Below are positions 59,696 to 64,000 of a stretch of 64,000 nucleotides of DNA, piece by piece; position 1 is the stretch's first letter; each line of letters begins with the position of its first letter. Under the pieces are notes generated by a model that made no database searches, had not been told where the DNA came from, and worked only from the letters and a program-made list of their open reading frames with translations. A program made the position numbers and the translations under genes. Source of the DNA: Chiloscyllium plagiosum (Eukaryota). The stretch covers positions 6,653,068 through 6,717,067 of the forward strand of contig NC_057718.1 in assembly GCF_004010195.1 (NCBI RefSeq), in the 5' to 3' direction.

Positions 59696-60047
59696 TGGGG
59701 TGGCACAGTGGCTCAGTGGTTAGCACTGCTGCCTCACAGCGCCAGGGACCTGGGTTCAATTCCAGCCTTGGGTGACTGTCTGTGTGGAGTTTGTACATTC
59801 TCTCTCTGTCTGCGTGGGTTTCCTCCGGGTGCTCCAGTTTCCTCTCACAATCCAAAGATGTGCAGGACAGGTGAACTGGCCAGTGTAAATTGCCCATGGT
59901 GTTCAGGAATGTGTAGGTGAGGTGTGTTCACCACGGTAAATGTAGGGTTACAGGGAGAGGGTAGGGGCCTGGTCTGATGCTCTTCAAAGGATCTGTGTGG
60001 ACTTGTTGGGCTGAATGGCCTGCGTCCACACTGTAGGGATTCTATGA
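59696..60047 (+). mobile_element. HE1-type SINE, full length
   Basis: Head, central domain and tail gggctgaatggcctgcgtccacactgtagggattctatg. Confidence 0.92.
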
Positions 60048-60072
60048 ACATTTGGTCAGTTAAGGTTGGGGT

Positions 60073-60868
60073 CAAGATTAGAGTGGTGCTGGAAAAATGC
60101 AGCAGATCAGGCAGCATCCGAGGAGCAGGAAAACCAAAGTTTCGGGCAAAAGTCCTTCATCAGGACTGAAGGCAGGGAGCCTTCAGGGTGGAGAGATAAA
60201 TGGGAGGGGTGGGTGGGGGTGGGATAGAGGGTAGCAAAGAGTACAATAGGTGGATGGAGGTGGGGCTGAAGGTGATAAGTCAGAGGAGGGTGGAGCGGAT
60301 AGTGGGAAGGAGGATTGCCAGGTGGGGCAGGTCATGAGGGTGGTGCTGAGCGAGGAGATTNNNNNNNNNNNNNNNNNNNNNNNNNNNNNNNNNNNNNNNN
60401 NNNNNNNNNNNNNNNNNNNNNNNNNNNNNNNNNNNNNNNNNNNNNNNNNNNNNNNNNNNNNNNNNNNNNNNNNNNNNNNNNNNNNNNNNNNNNNNNNNNN
60501 NNNNNNNNNNNNNNNNNNNNNNNNNNNNNNNNNNNNNNNNNNNNNNNNNNNNNNNNNNNNNTCGTTCGGGGGGGGTGCGTGGACCTGACCAGGTAGTCAC
60601 GAAGGGAACGGTCTTTGCGGAAAGTGGAAATGGGTGGGGAGGGAAATATATTCCTGGTGGTGGGGTCCGTTTGGAGGTGGCGGAAATGTCAGCTGATGCT
60701 GCGTTTAATGCAAAGGTTGGTAGGGTGGAAAGTGAGGACTGGGAGGGGTTCTGTCCTTGTTACAGTTGGAGGAGTGAGATTTGAGGGCAAAGATGTGGGA
60801 CATGGATGAGATGCGTTGGAGGGCATCTTCAACCATGTGGGAAGGGAAATTGCGGTCTTTAAAGGAGG
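60073..60868 (-). mobile_element. PLE family A 3' part spanning a gap
   Basis: Terminal repeat with minus-strand ctgatgaaggacttttgcccgaaac (~60139-60163); 60562-60868 is reverse-homologous to 47690-47920. Confidence 0.88.
60361..60561. other. Assembly gap (201 N)
   Basis: Run of N. Confidence 1.
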
Positions 60869-61049
60869 GTTAGGGTCAACCCATGTTCAGACAGAATCTG
60901 GCCATTACAGTTGTGACACGAAAAACAGGTAAAATTACCATAGTCTTAGAGGATCATCGGACTGCTTTTACATTAGAAACAGAGGCGGCAGGTGATGGTT
61001 TAACCTGAGGGACACCAAGCCTCAGGTGAGGGGAGAGGTAGAGTCGAGT

Positions 61050-61335
61050 AATTTTTATTTATCATTTCTCCCATATACAACTGATTCAGTAAAAACGGGA
61101 CAGTGTTCCTCCAGGATTGAGGGTGCTACGTGGACAGCGCAAACTGCACAATCGAACACGGCACAAAGTGCAGAAATGCAAAACCCGCAAGTTACAGTGT
61201 AATGGAAGAATGATAAATAATAGACATTTTCCTAGCAGTAATTCAAAGTCGTGCAAATAATTTCAGATGGGAAAGAGTCCAATCATACTGTGTTAAGGAG
61301 CCTGATGGCTTGGGGGAAGGAACTGTTGCACAGTA
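61050..61335 (-). mobile_element. Probable Rex1/Babar-type LINE 3' UTR
   Basis: agtccaatc...gttaaggagcctgatggcttgggggaaggaactgtt parallels the ORF end at 39570-39610. Confidence 0.5.
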
Positions 61336-61718
61336 GGAAAGTCGATGCAGGAATTAAACTGATGCTTTTAAGACCATATGACCATTTGGCCCCTCAGACT
61401 TGCTCCGCCGTTCAATATCATATGGTTGATCCGATAATCCTAAGGTCCTGCATTTTCCGTGCAACTCTTGATTTCTCGACTGATGTAGAGTCAATCATGG
61501 TCATCAACATACACCCGGGTTCTGCCCCCACAGCTCTCGCTGTGGCAATGAGTTCCAAAGACTCACAACCCTCTGAGAGAAGAAATTCCTCCTCATCTCA
61601 GTCTAAAAAGGTGAGTGGAGGGTTGGGCCCTTTATTTTGAGACCATGCCCTCTGGTCCTAGACTCTCCCATGAGGGGAAACATCCTCTCAGCATTTACCC
61701 TGTCAAATCCCTTAAGTA

Positions 61719-61795
61719 GTTGAAAAATGTGGTGTTGGAAAAACACAGCAGGCCAGGCAGCATCCAAGGAGCAGGAGAATCGACGTTTCGGGCCC
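61719..61795 (-). mobile_element. PLE family A tail-less arm
   Basis: gttgaaaaatgtggtgttggaaaaacacagcaggcc...aatcgacgtttcgggccc. Confidence 0.85.
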
Positions 61796-62001
61796 TAACA
61801 CTACAGGCAATTTAGCATGGCCAATTCACCCGGTCTGCACATTTTTGGATTGTGGGAGGAAACCAGAGCACCCAGAGGAAACACTGCAGACACTGGGAGA
61901 ATGTGCAAACTCCACACAGACAGTTGCCTGAGGCAGGAATTGAACCCAGGTCTCTGGCGCTGTAAGGCAGCAGTGCTAACCACTGTGCCACCGTGCCGCC
62001 C
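61796..62001 (-). mobile_element. HE1-type SINE lacking its 3' tail
   Basis: taacactacaggcaatttagcatggcc...cactgtgccaccgtgccgccc. Confidence 0.9.
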
Positions 62002-63284
62002 ACAAATGTGTTTCAATGAGATCACCTTTCATTCTTAGCTACTCTATGCTGGCATCCCTTTGCATCACAAGCCAGCTGTCCATCCAACAGAGCTAACCAG
62101 CATCCAATCACTGGCAAGACTTTGCAGTGTAAGGCTATTTTTAAAAAAAATAAGGCTAAATCTTTTATTAAGAGGCTGTGCAAAACACAGCAATCAAGTC
62201 CTCATCAGAATCTGCACGGAACAAATTCTAGACAAATTCTAGAGGAAGTGTTCAAGCCTTGTTGTTAGAGCTGGATGAAGGACAGTTGTCACCAGCCAAA
62301 GTTTCAAGAGAAGAATTCTGTTTTGTGGTGGAGGTGTCTGGAACTTTTTGAATATAAAGCAGAACCCAATGGCCATTTCCCTTTCCACCTTATCCCGATG
62401 ACTCATGATGAAGTGACAGCATTACCAGTGTTAATTCGATAGGTATTCAATTCCCTCTTATTGTCAGTTGGCAAGACCGCATGACTTTAGACTCCACAGA
62501 GTCCCTGAAGTCTTGTTGACTCTGGGCAACCAGCTGGGTTTCATAGACCAGAGCACATGACTGGTCCAGCCTGACTTTGGCACTGCATTGACAGTGTGAC
62601 TCATCGCAGTTTCAACAGTACTGTTTGTAGAATATGCCAACATTTTCAAACCCAGATGGAACATGAACAGGGAAGCTTGGGATTGATCGGACTGGTCATT
62701 CTGGACCTCCAATTTGAAGCATGCAAAATGAGTTGGATCAATACGTCTCATTCCCCAGTTTTACTGTTCCATTCTTCTGGGAACAAGGTGGGTGGGTGGA
62801 TGGGGGAGTTAAAGGATCGGAAAGCTTTCAAACAGCATGTCTCATCCTTTGGAATTGTCCTGAGAGTCCATCTAGTGTCTTCCCTGAAACAAAGCAGAGA
62901 TTGCTGGAGAAACTTGGCAGCATCTGTGGGAAGACAGTGGAGTTAACGTTTCAAGTCCAGTGACCCTCTGCCAGAGCAGAACTTTTTTACATTCAGGATC
63001 CTGTTGTAAAACGAGGAAAGTTGCTCATGTGGGGTAGAGTGAGATTCAGATGGAGGAATCTTAACCAGCTTCAAATTATTTTCTGCTGTTGGGATATAAT
63101 GTGTGTGATGACCTAACCCGCATGGATGGGTTGTGCAGTGTCACAAACTTCTGCAAGGTGGCCCTTTTGATTTCCATGTTCCATGCTAAGGGACGGTATC
63201 CAAGCTAGCAGTCCCAAACCGAGAACTGAAGTCTGGGGATGACTGTCAGTTTTAATGGGAAGATTAAGATTTACATGAGCCAGA

Positions 63285-64000
63285 TAGGGTACGCAGTGGA
63301 TCAACCCTAATCTTAAACCTAACCCTAACCTTACCTCTAACCCTAGACATAAACCTATAATAGGTAGGAGACTCAGTGGGTCAACCATAACGCTAATTCT
63401 AACTCTAACCTTAACTCTAACCCTAACCCTAACCCTATCACATGTACAGGACTCAGTAGGTCAACCCTAACACTAAACCTAACCCTATCTCTAACTCTAG
63501 AACTAACACTATCGTAGGTAGGAGACTAACCTAACCTTAACTCTAACCCTAACTCTAACCCTAGACCCTAACCCTAGTACCCTGTCAGAGGTACTGGACC
63601 CATGTGGGACAGCCCTAATCCTAAACCTAACACCATCATAAGTAGGAGACCCAATGGGCCATCCCTATGCCTAATCCTCACCCAAGCCTAGCCCTAACCA
63701 TAACACAGCCCTAATCCTAATCCTAACCATAACCCTAAACCTCGTCTTAACCCCAATTCTAACCTGAGCCCTAACCCTAATCCGTACCCGGACTCTACAC
63801 CTAATCCTAACCTTAAACCAAACTTTAATCCTAACTCTATAATTAGCCCTACCCTTAACTCTAACCCTAACCCAAACCTTAATCCTAACATTAACTTTAA
63901 CTCTAGCTGTAACACTAGCTGTAATCTGAACCCTAAAAGTAACACTAACCCTAACACTAACCTGAACTCTAAGCCAACCCTAACTCTAACTTTAAACCTA
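63285..64000. repeat. Degenerate telomere-like (CCCTAA)n tract with interspersed spacer
   Basis: ccctaa/ctctaa/ccttaa/tcctaa hexamers; spacer taggtaggagactcagtgggtcaa and variants; runs off the window edge. Confidence 0.9.

Larger units (their letters stand above)
61365..62037 (-). mobile_element. CR1 3' fragment split by a PLE-arm/SINE insert
   Basis: ccctctgagagaagaaattcctcctcatctc...ccctgtcaaatcccttaag, resuming at tgtttcaatgagatcacc (~62008). Confidence 0.78.

Noticed and set aside
59696..59775. tRNA gene from A/B boxes (also other SINE heads)
   Set aside because: The boxes continue directly into SINE bodies; I see no convincing cloverleaf or terminator.
63694..63957. Leu-Gly repeat protein, or a true telomere
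   Set aside because: Translation of degenerate TTAGGG. The repeats are too diverged and in the wrong orientation for a right-hand telomere.

Overview
Repeat-dense, apparently non-coding vertebrate DNA, most likely from a shark or other elasmobranch. That inference rests on the HE1-type SINEs, their CR1/HER1-type partner LINEs and DeuSINE/SacSINE1-like relics. No host protein-coding gene can be supported; the ORF-track entries are transposon fragments, repeat artefacts or ORFs running through N gaps. The window holds an ~8 kb 25-bp satellite (3048-10998), many CR1 and Rex1/Babar LINE fragments, several tRNA-derived SINE families, a broken Gypsy LTR element, two Tigger-like MITEs, three assembly gaps and a degenerate (CCCTAA)n tract at the right end. 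The most striking signal is Penelope-like elements (PLEs). At least four sequence families are present, each ending in a different minimal hammerhead-ribozyme motif. Three families (A, B, and less clearly C) have also produced ~100-230 bp fold-back mini-elements: two inverted ribozyme-bearing arms plus a one-sided tail, with ~13-15 bp target-site duplications (TSDs) at the best copies. Hammerheads in PLEs are established knowledge. Whether the stereotyped fold-back units form a mobile non-autonomous family is an inference that needs testing. Coordinates were read by eye, so edges of old repeats are approximate, and family names come from recalled motifs rather than database searches.
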